64,000 nt of DNA from positions 1 to 64,000 of the IMG/VR virus record IMGVR_UViG_3300028837_001734; one strand, written 5' to 3'. Positions 20,725 to 33,090 of the stretch are shown here, piece after piece (the stretch's first letter is position 1; each line of letters starts with the position of its first letter). A model generated the notes under the pieces. The model had not been told where the DNA came from. It saw only the letters and a program-made list of their open reading frames with translations, and did no database searches. Source of the stretch: a virus. The position numbers and the translations under genes are program-made.

Positions 20725-22431
20725 CTATGCCTCCGTTACAACGTGAGTCCTAACACGATTGTATTTTCCATTTGTTGAATTCCATGTTTCTCTGTCACCT
20801 TCAAGAAGATACGATGCTAAAATACTACCAGCAGTATTCATTGCGGAAACAACAGTCGCACTTACCGGTTTAGTAGTATGACCTTCTGAACTATAACTAA
20901 CAGTAATAATCTGTGCAGTTTGAGTATTCATATCTTGGACAATTGGTCCAGTTGCACGTCCTGGAATAACTAACTTTGCACTAATATCTTGTGGATATGT
21001 CGTATCAACAGTAATAACTGTACTATTTGCAGCAGTATCATTCCAAGTCCAAGATACTCTAGCTGTACCACGAGTTTCGTTAATCGCAGTAGTTTTTGAT
21101 ATATGATCTGAAGTAAAAGTAACACCTGTCGGTATTTGAGTACCAGCTAAAGATATAGCCAACGTATATGCTGCTGCGTCAGTGGGTATATTATCTTTAG
21201 CATTAGTTAATCTTTCTTCTTTAGTTTCTCCTTGTCCTTCTATATCTGTAGTTAAAGTGAGTGTATTGATACCATCTGTTGAATTGTATCCTATAGTAAC
21301 TTCATTAGTCTGAGTATAATCAGCTTCTTCACCTGCTGACCATTGATATGAAAAGGTAACAATGCCATCTTTTGTATTGACAGTAATGTCCTTATTGGTA
21401 GGTGCAGTTGGCAGTGTATAAGAACCCAAAAAGGCCGACAGCATTGTCGTAGTTTCTGTTCTAGCAGTTGCGTTACTTGGAACAGCAGCTTTAGCTTGAG
21501 AAGTAGCAGATGGTCCACCAGTTCTTTCTTGTTCACGTAAACCATAAATAGTACCATCATATGTAACATCTATAGATTCATTCTCTGTATTAGTAATGAC
21601 CTTAAATGATTTTTCTGTATAGGTAGTAGCAACTACTCCTGGACCTGCTTGTCTGATAATCCATGTTTCAGTGATAGCATAACTACCATCATTTTCAGCA
21701 ATATTGGTACTTTTAGTATAACTACCATTAACCCAATTGGTGAAACCAGTTGCATATTGAACAAAATCACTATCTGGTATTCCAGCAACTCTAGCATCAC
21801 ACCAAAGTTTAGCATTAGTTATCCCACGAATTTCTGCTCCAGTATCGGGATGATATGTAGTAACGCCCTTTGCACTGGTTACATGAGATATTTCATAAAC
21901 TACACCATTATGCCCATGTATCTCATTGATTTGCCATTGTTCAGAAACATCTTGTATACCTGAAGCCTCAAAAACATCTTCATCATTTAGGCCAATAAGT
22001 TCATTAGCTTCTAATTCAATAGTATATGGGCACTGAGTTACCCATTGTCCTTCCGGAAAACTAATATTAACAATACGCGGTCTACACTTAATAGGAGATG
22101 CTGCGCCAGCATACCATTCTAATATCTTACCATCATCTTGAAATAACCATCGTATTGCTTCTTGCTTCCTTTGTAACCTAACAAATGATGTATTTTCATC
22201 TACGTATATATCATCTGGAGGATATGCACTCAACTCCCAAAATGCATTAGTTGGATCTCCAAGCGTATAGTCACCACTTGGCGAACCCCTATATGGAAGT
22301 AAGGTGCCTGTTAACGTTAGTTCGTATATTACACCATGTTTGCCACCTTCACCATCAGAATTGTAGACTTTGTTAATAGTAACCAATGGTGCTGGGATTA
22401 TTTTTTTACTATCATATACTAAACTAGCCAT
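20725..22431 (-). CDS. Putative distal tail/baseplate protein
   Basis: Thr-rich beta protein with internal repeated units, downstream of tape measure. Confidence 0.5.
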   Translation of the reverse strand: MASLVYDSKKIIPAPLVTINKVYNSDGEGGKHGVIYELTLTGTLLPYRGSPSGDYTLGDPTNAFWELSAYPPDDIYVDENTSFVRLQRKQEAIRWLFQDDGKILEWYAGAASPIKCRPRIVNISFPEGQWVTQCPYTIELEANELIGLNDEDVFEASGIQDVSEQWQINEIHGHNGVVYEISHVTSAKGVTTYHPDTGAEIRGITNAKLWCDARVAGIPDSDFVQYATGFTNWVNGSYTKSTNIAENDGSYAITETWIIRQAGPGVVATTYTEKSFKVITNTENESIDVTYDGTIYGLREQERTGGPSATSQAKAAVPSNATARTETTTMLSAFLGSYTLPTAPTNKDITVNTKDGIVTFSYQWSAGEEADYTQTNEVTIGYNSTDGINTLTLTTDIEGQGETKEERLTNAKDNIPTDAAAYTLAISLAGTQIPTGVTFTSDHISKTTAINETRGTARVSWTWNDTAANSTVITVDTTYPQDISAKLVIPGRATGPIVQDMNTQTAQIITVSYSSEGHTTKPVSATVVSAMNTAGSILASYLLEGDRETWNSTNGKYNRVRTHVVTEA

Positions 22432-22442
22432 CCAAACACCTC

Positions 22443-25400
22443 CTAATATCCATGTATGTAAAGATTACCTGTAATATTATACACAAAAACATCACTCTGC
22501 AAAAACAGATTTATCCCACTGGTAATAATACCGGATATGCCACACATATAAAGGGAAATTGAATCCGTTATTTCTCCAAATAAACCTTCTATAAATAAGT
22601 TCCCTGATGCTGAAAATTCAATAGGAGCATATCCAGACATATATAATGTACTAGTCCCGAACAAACCTGGCGTACATTTCATAAATAATGGCCAACTATC
22701 TTCAAGTGGATAATATCCAGTAGAACTTGGATCATCCGCGATGTTCGCTACAAATAATGGGGAAGAACCTGTTACTAAAGGACCATGAGGAGAATCACCG
22801 CTAGCATGAGCATAGGTATATAACGTACATGATCCAGTAGTTGTAAAATCAGCAGCTAAGAATAGTGACCATGATTCTTCGGTAGTTAGATTTCCAGATT
22901 GAGCTTTAAGGAACATATCCCACGAATCAGTACCACCAGCAGTATATGGATAATCAGCTTCTGAAGCATGTACTACCACTATGGATGTCTCGACCATATA
23001 TATATAAATCAATTGGTGGTTTAAACGCACCAGCCCCTATATAGAGATCTGCTGATCCAGACATTGGTAATGGGCCGACCATATATAATGTACCAGATAG
23101 ACTAGTAGATTCATGTCCTTCTGGTAAAATTAATGGAAGGCCAGACGGATGAGAGCCACTGCTATTAAATGGTTCATGTGCCTCCATCCATAAGTCTACA
23201 CCAGATGACCATGGTTCTATAGTTTTTAAGAATAAATCTGAGCTACCTGATTCAAGTATTGGTGGTAGGATAAAGAGATCAACAGTCCCAGATTTAATTA
23301 ATGGTACAAATAAATATAATGTAACGCCACTAGGATAGTCTGGTTCATCTAAGACATTATAAGATTCGTGACCGACTATGGACAAATCAATTTCACCAGT
23401 ATGACTTCCTACTGATCCAGACATAAATAAACTAACTTGTCCACTTTCTGTTGTAGCAAATGCCTTAAAACTATCCCAATAACCTATGATTCTAAAAGCG
23501 TGTTCTGCTGGCTGAAAAGAATGGTACAATTGACCAGAGTTAGCCAAAGTCATATTTGTATTTATCCTGACCATATCTGCGCCAAGATCTGCTGCAGCTA
23601 AAGTGGTTTCTCTTAAATTAATATATCTATCGGTAGAACTTCCCTCTTCCCTCACACCCATATAGCGATCAGCATTATGTCGTCTATTTTCTAAGACTAT
23701 TTCTGATACAGAACCTTGACCACCTCCACCAGTAAAATCTATAGTTTCCCATACACCGTTGCCTGTCACATCTCCTATTTCTGCTACAGACTCATGATAT
23801 GTACCTGGTGTATAAGTCCAAATACCTATGATTCTATATACTATATTATCAGATTCTTCAGCATAAACCTGAATTGTACCATTAGCACCACTAGTATTTA
23901 CTGTCATAGTAACATGGTCTTGGGCAGCATCAGAAAATCCACTAGCTTTGCAAATATCATGATAACGATTTAGAGATGAACCTACTTCTCTGACACCAGC
24001 AGTTGTTTTAACAGAACCACTTACGGTAGATATAACCATCTCAACTACTGTATCAGCGTAATCCGTACCTAAATTATAGTTTTCCCAAGAGCTATCTGTT
24101 GATATAGTGAAAGATTCTAAAACGTCTTCATAAGTAGCACCAGTCCAATAACCAGCGACTATAAAACTAACTTTGCTTTCATTCTCAGCATAAACTTGTA
24201 TTTTACCATCAGAATCAACTGGTACCAACATACTGATAGCTTCAAAGCCACCAAACAGAGCGTCATGTAAAAACAAAATTCTATCAATGCTTGAACTAGT
24301 AGAGCGAACACCACCAGAATATGGTAAATTAGTTGTATCGTTGGTTATTATGATTTCTGCAACAATCGGTCTACTAGGAGTAGATGGAGGACAATCATTA
24401 TAGCTTAGCGTTTTATCTTCCCATACTCCTGGGGAACTTGCAAATAATTCGGCTGACCAACTTTCTATATAATGAATATATGGATTTAATCCGAATATAA
24501 ATAAATCAATACTATCATTAGCTGCATATGGATACGGTGCTTCAAGAAAATCATACCAATATCCAGCAACAACGAAATCTGGATTGTCACTTACGTCTTG
24601 CGCATAATATTCAGTTTCACCATTAGAATCTATGATAGTATGAAAACCGAACCATGTCGGACCAGGAGTAGTCCCATCTGTTTCCGATTCAGCGACATTT
24701 ACAACACGATCTAAAGACGATGATGTCTGACGAACACCAAGTTCCTCTTCTGAAGAAGCAAAATTTTGACCAAGTAATATTTGACATACACTCTGAGATG
24801 GTATGCCAGATGCGCCAGCATCAAAAGTTTCCCAGGTCATATCTATACTGGGTGGACCAAAATCTATGTTCGTTCCAGAAAAACTACCAGGAGGTGCAGA
24901 AAAATAACCTAATAATATAAAACTAAGATCGCCACTGCTTTCAGAGTAAACGTCAATGGCTGCTGTATTACCACTAGTTGCCGTCCACAATGACAGGAAT
25001 GCCGCGTAATCTTCATATCCAGGAAGATGATCAGGCCCATCTGTTATCTCAGATTCTTTTAGTCTGAAGGTTCTATCGGTAGAATTTCCACTTGGTCGAA
25101 CACCGCCAAGAAGACCGGAACCCCAGTTAATATTAACCATTCCAATTTCTGCGATTTGACCACTGCCGACATTATATTGATCTAATGCATAACTAGACCA
25201 ACTACCTTCTGTGGGAGCGTTAAATTCATCAAATCTCTCATTATATTCACAACCCATCCAATAGCCGACTATATCAAAGAGGACTTCATTATATCTATCA
25301 CAATAATACTGAATCCAACCACTTGAGTCAACCTGAACGTGCATGGTAATACCTTGACTACCACCACCTTCAGCTTCACTGATTGAAACCCGTCTATCTA

Positions 25401-25596
25401 AAGTTCCAGAAGTAGCACGAACACCACCTTCCTGACCACCTACTTGATCGGTTGTACGTACAACTATTTCTGCTACAGCACTGGCTGGTACATTATGATT
25501 GGTACCTACATCATACCAATTCCACTGATTATCTTCAGAATAATCAGAAGCAGATGTCCATGATCCAAAAATTTCTATATATTGTCGGTTAGCCAT
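22443..25596 (-). CDS. Tail-associated fibre-like protein with four ~130-aa repeats and 14-aa SG-LYI-G repeats; frameshifted near 22975 (ORFs 22954..25596 and 22443..23030)
   Basis: Repeats of W...AEI...GVR..S..DR...GYW; the same SG..DLFI repeats continue across the frame change. Confidence 0.55.
22477..22485 (-). promoter_or_regulatory. Putative late promoter TGTGTATAA
   Basis: Motif about 46 nt upstream of the 22431 start, inside the end of the preceding ORF. Confidence 0.45.
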
Positions 25597-25606
25597 TTAG
25601 TACCAC

Positions 25607-28600
25607 CTATGCTAAACCTTCAAAAACACCAGCCATTTCTGTACTTCCTGATCGACGAGCTAATTCATTCAATAAAACTCTGATTTCTTCCTGCACAACT
25701 CTTGTAGCAACTGCCTCAAATTCAGCAGTAAATTGTTCAGCAGCATCAGCTACACCCTGGACATCGACTTTAATTTCACTCATTGTCTGAACGTCTATTC
25801 CAACACCTTCCTCCATAGCATCAGCCACCTGTGTCATACCCTTATTAAGCTCATCCATACCTTCCTTGGTTTGCGAAGCAACTTCAGTGTTAGCAGCAAG
25901 TGCATCGGTAGTCTCGGTTAAACCTTCTATTTCTATAGGTTTAACTTCCTCTTGTGCTTCTTCTTCCTGCTTTTGTTGTTCTTGAATTGCCTCTTTAACC
26001 CCATCAACTTTTTCACCCAATGCCAATATGGCATCAGTAGTTATACCACCACCACTAACATCACCACCACTACCATCACCAGCAGCCTCTTGCTGTGCGG
26101 CCTGAGCTTCTTTTTGTACATCAATTATCGCTTGGAGTTGAGAAGCACCATCCTGAAAATTTTGACTAGCTAATAGAATATCCTGACCGCCTGTTATGAT
26201 ATCGCTAGATGCAACACCGATAGTGTCCGTAGAAACTCTCATAGTATCTGCAGCTATTTTGGTATCATTTGCTGCTTGTCCTATTTGAGTTGCAGAAGCC
26301 TCTATATTTTCAAAGACTCGTGGGGCAGCAGGTTCTGCTACTTCCGGTTGTCTGATCTGAGAGGATATACTTTCTAATGTGTTGACTAAATCAATCGGTA
26401 ACTGTTCTGCTGCCCGTTGTGGATCTGTTAAAATATCAGGTTGTTGTATAACTTGCATAAGAGATTTTGCCAATTCATCTGGAGTCAGATATTTAGCGCC
26501 AAGATAGTCAATTTCTGGCGCATCAGTAGCTTCGCTCATCTCTTGCAATTTTTTAGCAGCAATCTGAGTAATCTCCTGTAAATCATTCATAGAAAGACCA
26601 GCATCTTTGACAGCCTGCGGAACATCATACAGAGAATTAGTCAATGCTTCAAAAGCTGCTACCTGTTTTTGCTCTTCTTCGGCTAAACCAAGAGTAGGAC
26701 TATACATTCTTTGTTCGCTAACAATATAATCTCTTACAGTGTCAGCTAATACACCCATAGACGTTTCAATATTAGCACCCAATACTGCGGATTGTGCTAA
26801 TCCTCTGTCAAATTGTGGTTTCCGTGGTTCCGTTAAATCTTTAATAGCACTTTTATCAACACCACCTAAACCACGTTCAATATCTGCGGGAGTTAAAGCT
26901 GCAGTCCATACTTTAACAGCATCGCTACTTTCACGAAGTGCTTTAGCAAAAATCATTGCTGGTTCTTCAAAAACCTGACCGACATCAAGAGCTACAGATG
27001 CTTCTATTTTTTGTCTACTTCTATTAAGCATCTCAGCCATTTGATCAAATTCTCTTTCTGTTCTTTCAGCATTTTTGGCAATCCAAGTTATATCTACATC
27101 TTCTCCACCAAGTTCTTTTGTATATTCTTCTTGTATTCTTCTTAATGATTCAGGAGCTTTTTCAATAACCTTTTCAAAAAGTTCCATAGCATGCTGTAAT
27201 CTCAAAACTTCTACACCTGTTTCTGCCGTAGCCTTTTCTAACCCTTCTTCCACAGGAATAAGACCTCGTCGTTGCTCAGATAATCTACGAGATTGTTCCC
27301 CAAATTTTCTAAATTGTACATCATATTGAGAAAGCAAATTTTCAGCAATACTAGTATCTCTTGCTAAATTTACCATAGCACGATCAAATTTACTAACAGA
27401 ACCAAGTGTAAATGGAGTACCTAGTGGGCTTACCGCTTCAGTAACGAAGGAATCAATTTCATTGCCAGTATTCTTATAAGCCTTTTGAAAACTTCTGCTG
27501 ATAGTAGAACCTAGTTCTGCAGTCCTAACATCTACATCAGCAGCCAACGTGAAACCTTCAAGACGAAGTTTAATCTGTTGACTTTGTGCATCTAGCCATT
27601 GTTTGTAGACTTTTATAGCTGCATCAGTAAATGGAGTTTGTTGACCTAATACAGATTTCAAAGCTTCTGCAATTCTCTCTTCTTTTGGTACCAAATTCCC
27701 GCTAGAATCTATAATAGCTGTTTGTAGATTTGTTCCAAGAGTTGCCGCAGCGACTCTGAAAGCTTCTATTGCCTGTGGTGGTATTTTGTCTGGATACTCA
27801 TCTATAAATTTCGCTATATATTCATCCATTATCTCTATAGGACTTACTTTAATATCTTCTAACTTAGCAAAGTCTGCAGATGCTGCTTCACTTTTTATAA
27901 GAGATTGGAAAAACAAATCAAGAGCATCCCCAACTTGTGCCAAATTAGTAGTAGCACCTGCTATATCTTCGAACTGACTAAGATCCAAAACTTCACCTAT
28001 TCTCCCTGCTCTAGCTAATTCCTCTATAGCAGAAAGATCCCACTCAGTATCAAAACTTGGAAGACCTATATCACCACCAACAGTTTGACTTATTGCATCA
28101 AAAGTATCAACATTAGTTTGTATAGAAGCCGCTGCTCTAGAAACAGCTTCACTTAAAGTTTCTAATTCCCCAGATAAACGAACAGGTACATGAATTTTAG
28201 AAATATCATCAGTTACCTTTTCTGCAGCAGTAGCTAGACGATCAAGCTCACTAGGTATACCTGCAGCGGGAATTTGCTTGGCTATTTCTCTTAAACCACC
28301 AGCCATTTTAATTATGACATCAGTAAATAAATTAGCGGCATATGTAGGATCTTCCACATCCTTAAATAAATCTGCAATTCCAATATCAACCAGACCAGCT
28401 TCTAATCCAGCAACGCCAAATTGTTCTATAGCTGCTGCCATGATTTGATTAAAACGTTCTGGATTAGCACCAATCATCGTTTCTATCATTTCACGAGCAC
28501 GGCCCTCATCAATAATAGGACCAGTAAAAACACCAGCAAAGTCAAGATCAAAAATCTTACTAATTTTAGTACCGACACGACCCCAAAAACTTTCATCAAG

Positions 28601-30709
28601 AACACCTGCGGCACCTTGAATATCTTTTATAAATGCATCACTAAAATCATTAATAGCATTACTAAGACCACCAGCTTCATCAACGTCAATTGGAGTAAGT
28701 TCTATACTCTTAACTCTTTCAATCATTGCATCTTCAATTTGCTTGATATCAAAATCTACAGCTTTTTTACCTGCATAAGCCAATGCACCAAAAGCAGCAG
28801 TTACACCGGCAGCAGCAAGACCAACCGGTCCAAGGAAACCAGCTAAAGAAGCGAACAATCCTTGAAGACTTTTACCAGAAATTAACGCCGCAGCTCCGAC
28901 GATTACAACAGCAGCCTTAGCGAATTCTGCAGCCATAATACCAGCAGAACCACCAGTCTCTTCAAACTTAGTACTAAGAGCATCAGCAGCAACAAATAAC
29001 CCAGTCAAAGCAGCCATTTGTGCTATTTGATTACCAGCTACTGCTTTAGCCCCACCAGCCAATCTAGCACCAGCTCCAGCCGCAGCAGCCTGACCAACAC
29101 CTAAACCAACTCCACCGCCAAGTCTATTTTGTACTCGTTGTCTTGCTGAAACACCAGCCGCACCACCTGCACCAGCACCAAGACCACCAGTTAAACCAGC
29201 CATTAATTGTGGCAAACCAACCGTTGATGCAGTAAGAAACGCCATAGCCTTACCAACACCAGTAGCAGCCAAAGCCAAAGCTTTCATACCAGCAGTGAAT
29301 CCAATAACGGCAGTCAAAGCAGGAATAACAGGTTTAATGAAATCCAACATTGTAACAAAAGCATGACCAGCTTGTGTTGCACTTTGAATAAGAGGAATAA
29401 ACAATGGTTCAGCCAATGTTTGCACTAACCTATTAAATTCCTGTCCAAGAATATTTAATTGAGCTTGTAGACCAGATAAACCTTCTTCTGCCACCCTTCC
29501 AAATTCACCAGCAGAATCACCAGCAGTGATTAATGCATTATCAAGCGTGTCTATATTGGTGGACAATGCAGCAAGACGACTAAATTGTCTTCTACCACCC
29601 AATTGAGTAAGAATAGCAACTCTATCTTGAACATTAGTTATATCTTTTAATGCATCAGCTATTCTCCTAAAACCTTCTATTGCACCAACAAACTGACCTT
29701 CTTCAACAAGTTTAATACCTTTGCCTGTTAGAAAATCAATAATTTTAGGATCAGCCAGACGAGAAGAAATAGTCTTGAAGAACGTACCAACCGTAGAAGC
29801 ACTTTCTCTTGTAGCTTGTCTAACAGTTGTAAAAGCAGCAGCAAATTCCCTAAAAGTACCACCAATAGCTTCAAAAGCAGCACCACCACGAGCAACACCA
29901 ATAGCAATATCCTCGGCAGAAGCTGCATATTTATTGGATAAAGCCGTCATTACATCGAGTATCTCTTCTGTTTTTAAACCCTCTTTATTAAACTGGTTAA
30001 TAGCTGCAATGGTACCCTCAACTGCAGTGCTAACATTCTCAAACGAAGGAGTTAATGGAACTTTAGCTAATGCCCCCAACGCTTCATTAAGTTGCTCTCC
30101 ACGGAAACCAGCCTGAGCCATAGTTTTACTAATACCAGCCAATTCTGATGCTGATGTACCAGTAGCAGTAGAAAGATTTAAAATGGTATCCCTAAGACCA
30201 GAGACTTCATCTGTAGTCTGACCCATAATCTGTCGTAGTTTAAGGATAGCCCCATCGAATTCGATAACAGCAGCAGTAGCCTTACTAAGACCACCAAGAG
30301 CAGCAAATGGAACAACGGTAGCAGTTAAGAATGCAGCATATCGTTTAGCAGCCAAACCAACTGAATGACCAAAGTCATCTGCAGCTTTAGCTCCTCTTCT
30401 TTGAGCACCGGCAGCTTGATTAACAGCAGAAGAAGCTTTTTTAGAAGTAGCAGCTAATTTTGTATTAGCTTTGGATACCTTTTCAATAGCCGCAGCTTGG
30501 GTAGTAGCAGCAACAGCGACATTTTTCGCAGCAGATACGGCTGCTCCAGCACTACCGGCAGCAGCAACACCACCAACTGCACCAGCAACCCCACCAGCTC
30601 CACCAACACTAGCAGAACCGATCGCACTAGTGATAGCAGTTTGGACTTGTTTAAGACCAACTATATCTTTAATACGAAGATTGACATCTAATACAAACGG
30701 TGCAGCCAC
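25607..30709 (-). CDS. Tail tape measure protein (TP901-like core)
   Basis: 1700 aa Ala/Gly-rich helical protein; EFD...ILNLSTATGTSASEL...AQAG...TRES...GTFFKTI. Confidence 0.9.
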   Translation of the reverse strand: MAAPFVLDVNLRIKDIVGLKQVQTAITSAIGSASVGGAGGVAGAVGGVAAAGSAGAAVSAAKNVAVAATTQAAAIEKVSKANTKLAATSKKASSAVNQAAGAQRRGAKAADDFGHSVGLAAKRYAAFLTATVVPFAALGGLSKATAAVIEFDGAILKLRQIMGQTTDEVSGLRDTILNLSTATGTSASELAGISKTMAQAGFRGEQLNEALGALAKVPLTPSFENVSTAVEGTIAAINQFNKEGLKTEEILDVMTALSNKYAASAEDIAIGVARGGAAFEAIGGTFREFAAAFTTVRQATRESASTVGTFFKTISSRLADPKIIDFLTGKGIKLVEEGQFVGAIEGFRRIADALKDITNVQDRVAILTQLGGRRQFSRLAALSTNIDTLDNALITAGDSAGEFGRVAEEGLSGLQAQLNILGQEFNRLVQTLAEPLFIPLIQSATQAGHAFVTMLDFIKPVIPALTAVIGFTAGMKALALAATGVGKAMAFLTASTVGLPQLMAGLTGGLGAGAGGAAGVSARQRVQNRLGGGVGLGVGQAAAAGAGARLAGGAKAVAGNQIAQMAALTGLFVAADALSTKFEETGGSAGIMAAEFAKAAVVIVGAAALISGKSLQGLFASLAGFLGPVGLAAAGVTAAFGALAYAGKKAVDFDIKQIEDAMIERVKSIELTPIDVDEAGGLSNAINDFSDAFIKDIQGAAGVLDESFWGRVGTKISKIFDLDFAGVFTGPIIDEGRAREMIETMIGANPERFNQIMAAAIEQFGVAGLEAGLVDIGIADLFKDVEDPTYAANLFTDVIIKMAGGLREIAKQIPAAGIPSELDRLATAAEKVTDDISKIHVPVRLSGELETLSEAVSRAAASIQTNVDTFDAISQTVGGDIGLPSFDTEWDLSAIEELARAGRIGEVLDLSQFEDIAGATTNLAQVGDALDLFFQSLIKSEAASADFAKLEDIKVSPIEIMDEYIAKFIDEYPDKIPPQAIEAFRVAAATLGTNLQTAIIDSSGNLVPKEERIAEALKSVLGQQTPFTDAAIKVYKQWLDAQSQQIKLRLEGFTLAADVDVRTAELGSTISRSFQKAYKNTGNEIDSFVTEAVSPLGTPFTLGSVSKFDRAMVNLARDTSIAENLLSQYDVQFRKFGEQSRRLSEQRRGLIPVEEGLEKATAETGVEVLRLQHAMELFEKVIEKAPESLRRIQEEYTKELGGEDVDITWIAKNAERTEREFDQMAEMLNRSRQKIEASVALDVGQVFEEPAMIFAKALRESSDAVKVWTAALTPADIERGLGGVDKSAIKDLTEPRKPQFDRGLAQSAVLGANIETSMGVLADTVRDYIVSEQRMYSPTLGLAEEEQKQVAAFEALTNSLYDVPQAVKDAGLSMNDLQEITQIAAKKLQEMSEATDAPEIDYLGAKYLTPDELAKSLMQVIQQPDILTDPQRAAEQLPIDLVNTLESISSQIRQPEVAEPAAPRVFENIEASATQIGQAANDTKIAADTMRVSTDTIGVASSDIITGGQDILLASQNFQDGASQLQAIIDVQKEAQAAQQEAAGDGSGGDVSGGGITTDAILALGEKVDGVKEAIQEQQKQEEEAQEEVKPIEIEGLTETTDALAANTEVASQTKEGMDELNKGMTQVADAMEEGVGIDVQTMSEIKVDVQGVADAAEQFTAEFEAVATRVVQEEIRVLLNELARRSGSTEMAGVFEGLA

Positions 30710-30722
30710 TTAGATCACGCTC

Positions 30723-31640
30723 CTATTTTTCCACCTTCTTCTTAACCCTTTTTCTGGTAGTTGTCTTTTTTGTTTTCTTTCGTTTAGCAATAGATATCTC
30801 ACCAATCCCAGCGACAACAACTGATTCACCAGTCTCATCATCTATAAATGGTTTAGCCATTTCTATTAATAGATTGCCTTTTTCATCAATAGCTCTACCA
30901 TGAGCGTCCACCATTTGACCACGTTGATCTAGGTAAACACCATCTTCATTGACAGATCTACCATTTTTATCTACAAACTCTCCTTTGTTATTAACAAACC
31001 TACCCTCATCATCAATCAAACCAGCTTCTTTAAGCCATCTCATCTCAAACATACTGATCTGTATATTTTCTTCAACATTGTAAACTATATTAGCTAATTC
31101 CTTAGCACCAGCCACAACAGCTTCTTCTGTCTGGCGATTAATATAGTCATCATGACCTCTAAGATATTGTGCACCAGTCTCAGCATTGACTAAACATTTG
31201 GTTAATAAAAATTCAAACCGAAAATTTTCTGCCTGAGCCTCAACAGTAGCAGAATCAAATTGTTGTCTTTTCTCATGGAGATCAAGAATAGCACGTCTTT
31301 TTTCTGACATTTCAATAGCTAATTGACGTGCTTCAGATATCTTCATTCCACCCTTTTTGAGTTGCAATTCTGCTGCACGGATTTCTAGGGATAGTGCTTC
31401 AACTTTTAAATTATCTCTCATTGTCCATATACCAGTTTTAGATAAATAATTTTCCAGTTCTGCTCGCAATAACAATCTCTGATCTGGAGATTCAGCTCCT
31501 TTCCTTATTAAAACAGATACTTTTAAATTATATGCTAAATTAGCATCTTGATTTAATCTATTAGTTGGTTTTATGATAGCTAATTTTATAGGCTTACCAT
31601 CTTTGTCAATAGTGTCAAAAGTTTTCCTATTACCATCCAT
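30723..31640 (-). CDS. Putative tail assembly chaperone with short G-x-x-x-D-x-x-G repeats and a basic C-terminus
   Basis: Immediately upstream of tape measure; helical. Confidence 0.5.
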   Translation of the reverse strand: MDGNRKTFDTIDKDGKPIKLAIIKPTNRLNQDANLAYNLKVSVLIRKGAESPDQRLLLRAELENYLSKTGIWTMRDNLKVEALSLEIRAAELQLKKGGMKISEARQLAIEMSEKRRAILDLHEKRQQFDSATVEAQAENFRFEFLLTKCLVNAETGAQYLRGHDDYINRQTEEAVVAGAKELANIVYNVEENIQISMFEMRWLKEAGLIDDEGRFVNNKGEFVDKNGRSVNEDGVYLDQRGQMVDAHGRAIDEKGNLLIEMAKPFIDDETGESVVVAGIGEISIAKRKKTKKTTTRKRVKKKVEK

Positions 31641-31996
31641 TATTTTCCTCCCAATTCAAATTTATATCCTTCAAAATTGATACTATGCAGATCAATTTCC
31701 ATGACCAAAGCACGTGATTGAGTATTACCTTTATCTAAAATGTGCTTTCTAACCTGTTCCCATCTTTGTCTATTAGCCAATTGTGCTGGCGTTAATTCTC
31801 CATCGGGTAATCCATGTCCCCAAACATCTAAACCAAATACATTTTCAAATTCTGCTAGCGCAGATATAAAACATGTCCTAAACTTTTTGGTAGCTATTTT
31901 CTTTAGACGTTCTTTCGAATCATGTGCAATACGACTTTTGGATTCCTGTCTCGATGCATTACGAAGTTGCACTAATTTACGTTCAGTATCACTCAT
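31640..31996 (-). CDS. Hypothetical phage protein
   Basis: ORF in the tail operon. Confidence 0.5.
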   Translation of the reverse strand: MSDTERKLVQLRNASRQESKSRIAHDSKERLKKIATKKFRTCFISALAEFENVFGLDVWGHGLPDGELTPAQLANRQRWEQVRKHILDKGNTQSRALVMEIDLHSINFEGYKFELGGK

Positions 31997-32004
31997 GACA
32001 TTCC

Positions 32005-33090
32005 CTATCTTTGGTTAATACTTTTAACGTGAGTTTTTCTCATGTCCATAAATTGTGATTTCATTTCCCTTTGGGAATCTGGCATATTTTGTTCTGCGAC
32101 ATTGCCATGTTTTTGTAATAGTTGTTGTTTTGCACGTATCTTAGCTCTGCTAGTTGGATCATTCATATCATACACTTTTTTAGCACCATCTTGATCAGAC
32201 ATAACAAAAACCTCATTACGACCGTTCTTTTTACCTTTTGGTAAATCTTGTATTTTTTGAGATTTATCTTTAATCTTTTCACCTTGACGAATAAACCAAG
32301 AATCCAATAAATCATCATCATTAATAATATCTTCCGATGGTCTCTCATAAGCAGAATAAACGGAATCGTATAGAGAAGACCAATGAGCTAATTCTCTTTG
32401 ATTATAAGACCAAGATACAATAGAACCATCGAATAATACTCCATTATGTTTAGCCGTATCCCAATAAACTCTCCATTGTTGTGATCGGGCAAGTTCTCTG
32501 ATAACAGAAGTAGCTATTCTAGACCTATAGAAATATATCTCACACAATTGCATTATTAAATTACTATTATCACCTTGCTCAAATTCTGCTTCAGTTGGCC
32601 AAAGCAATTCTCCATCTAATTTCTCTGTTATTCGTCCTACGGTGAAACGTTGTTGATGAAGAATAGCATTAGCTTCTGCGCTTATTTGTGTCAAATTATT
32701 TCTACGAGATAATCTTTCTATTAAAGCTTTTTCTGCATTGCGAAGCATTTTTCTAGCTTGTTCTAATTTCGTTGTATTAAATACAAAATCCAATAATCCA
32801 CGACGTATTGTGTGAATATCTTGTTTAAGCCCTTCGATTTCAAATTCTAATTGTTCACTCCATTGACCAAGATTAATCAAACTACAAATAACATCATTCT
32901 CTGATAATAATCCTAAAAGAATACCATAATCATATTGAGTGTCATAAATAGATGCTGCACGGACTTGCTCATCTGGTGTGGGAGGACGCAAAAAGAGTTG
33001 AATCAATTGGCCATCCTGTATGTTTATAGTTGCTAAAATTTTATTACAACTTATCTTAGCGATAAGTCGCTCCTTTTCAGCCATATTCAT
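32005..33090 (-). CDS. Putative tail-assembly-associated helical protein
   Basis: Long ORF; start moved to MNMAE at 33090 because the ORF-track start overlaps the promoter. Confidence 0.5.
   Translation of the reverse strand: MNMAEKERLIAKISCNKILATINIQDGQLIQLFLRPPTPDEQVRAASIYDTQYDYGILLGLLSENDVICSLINLGQWSEQLEFEIEGLKQDIHTIRRGLLDFVFNTTKLEQARKMLRNAEKALIERLSRRNNLTQISAEANAILHQQRFTVGRITEKLDGELLWPTEAEFEQGDNSNLIMQLCEIYFYRSRIATSVIRELARSQQWRVYWDTAKHNGVLFDGSIVSWSYNQRELAHWSSLYDSVYSAYERPSEDIINDDDLLDSWFIRQGEKIKDKSQKIQDLPKGKKNGRNEVFVMSDQDGAKKVYDMNDPTSRAKIRAKQQLLQKHGNVAEQNMPDSQREMKSQFMDMRKTHVKSINQR

Noticed and set aside
25733-30903. Many short antisense and alternative-frame ORFs within tape measure and other long genes
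   Set aside because: They are shadows of codon bias, with no RBS or motifs.
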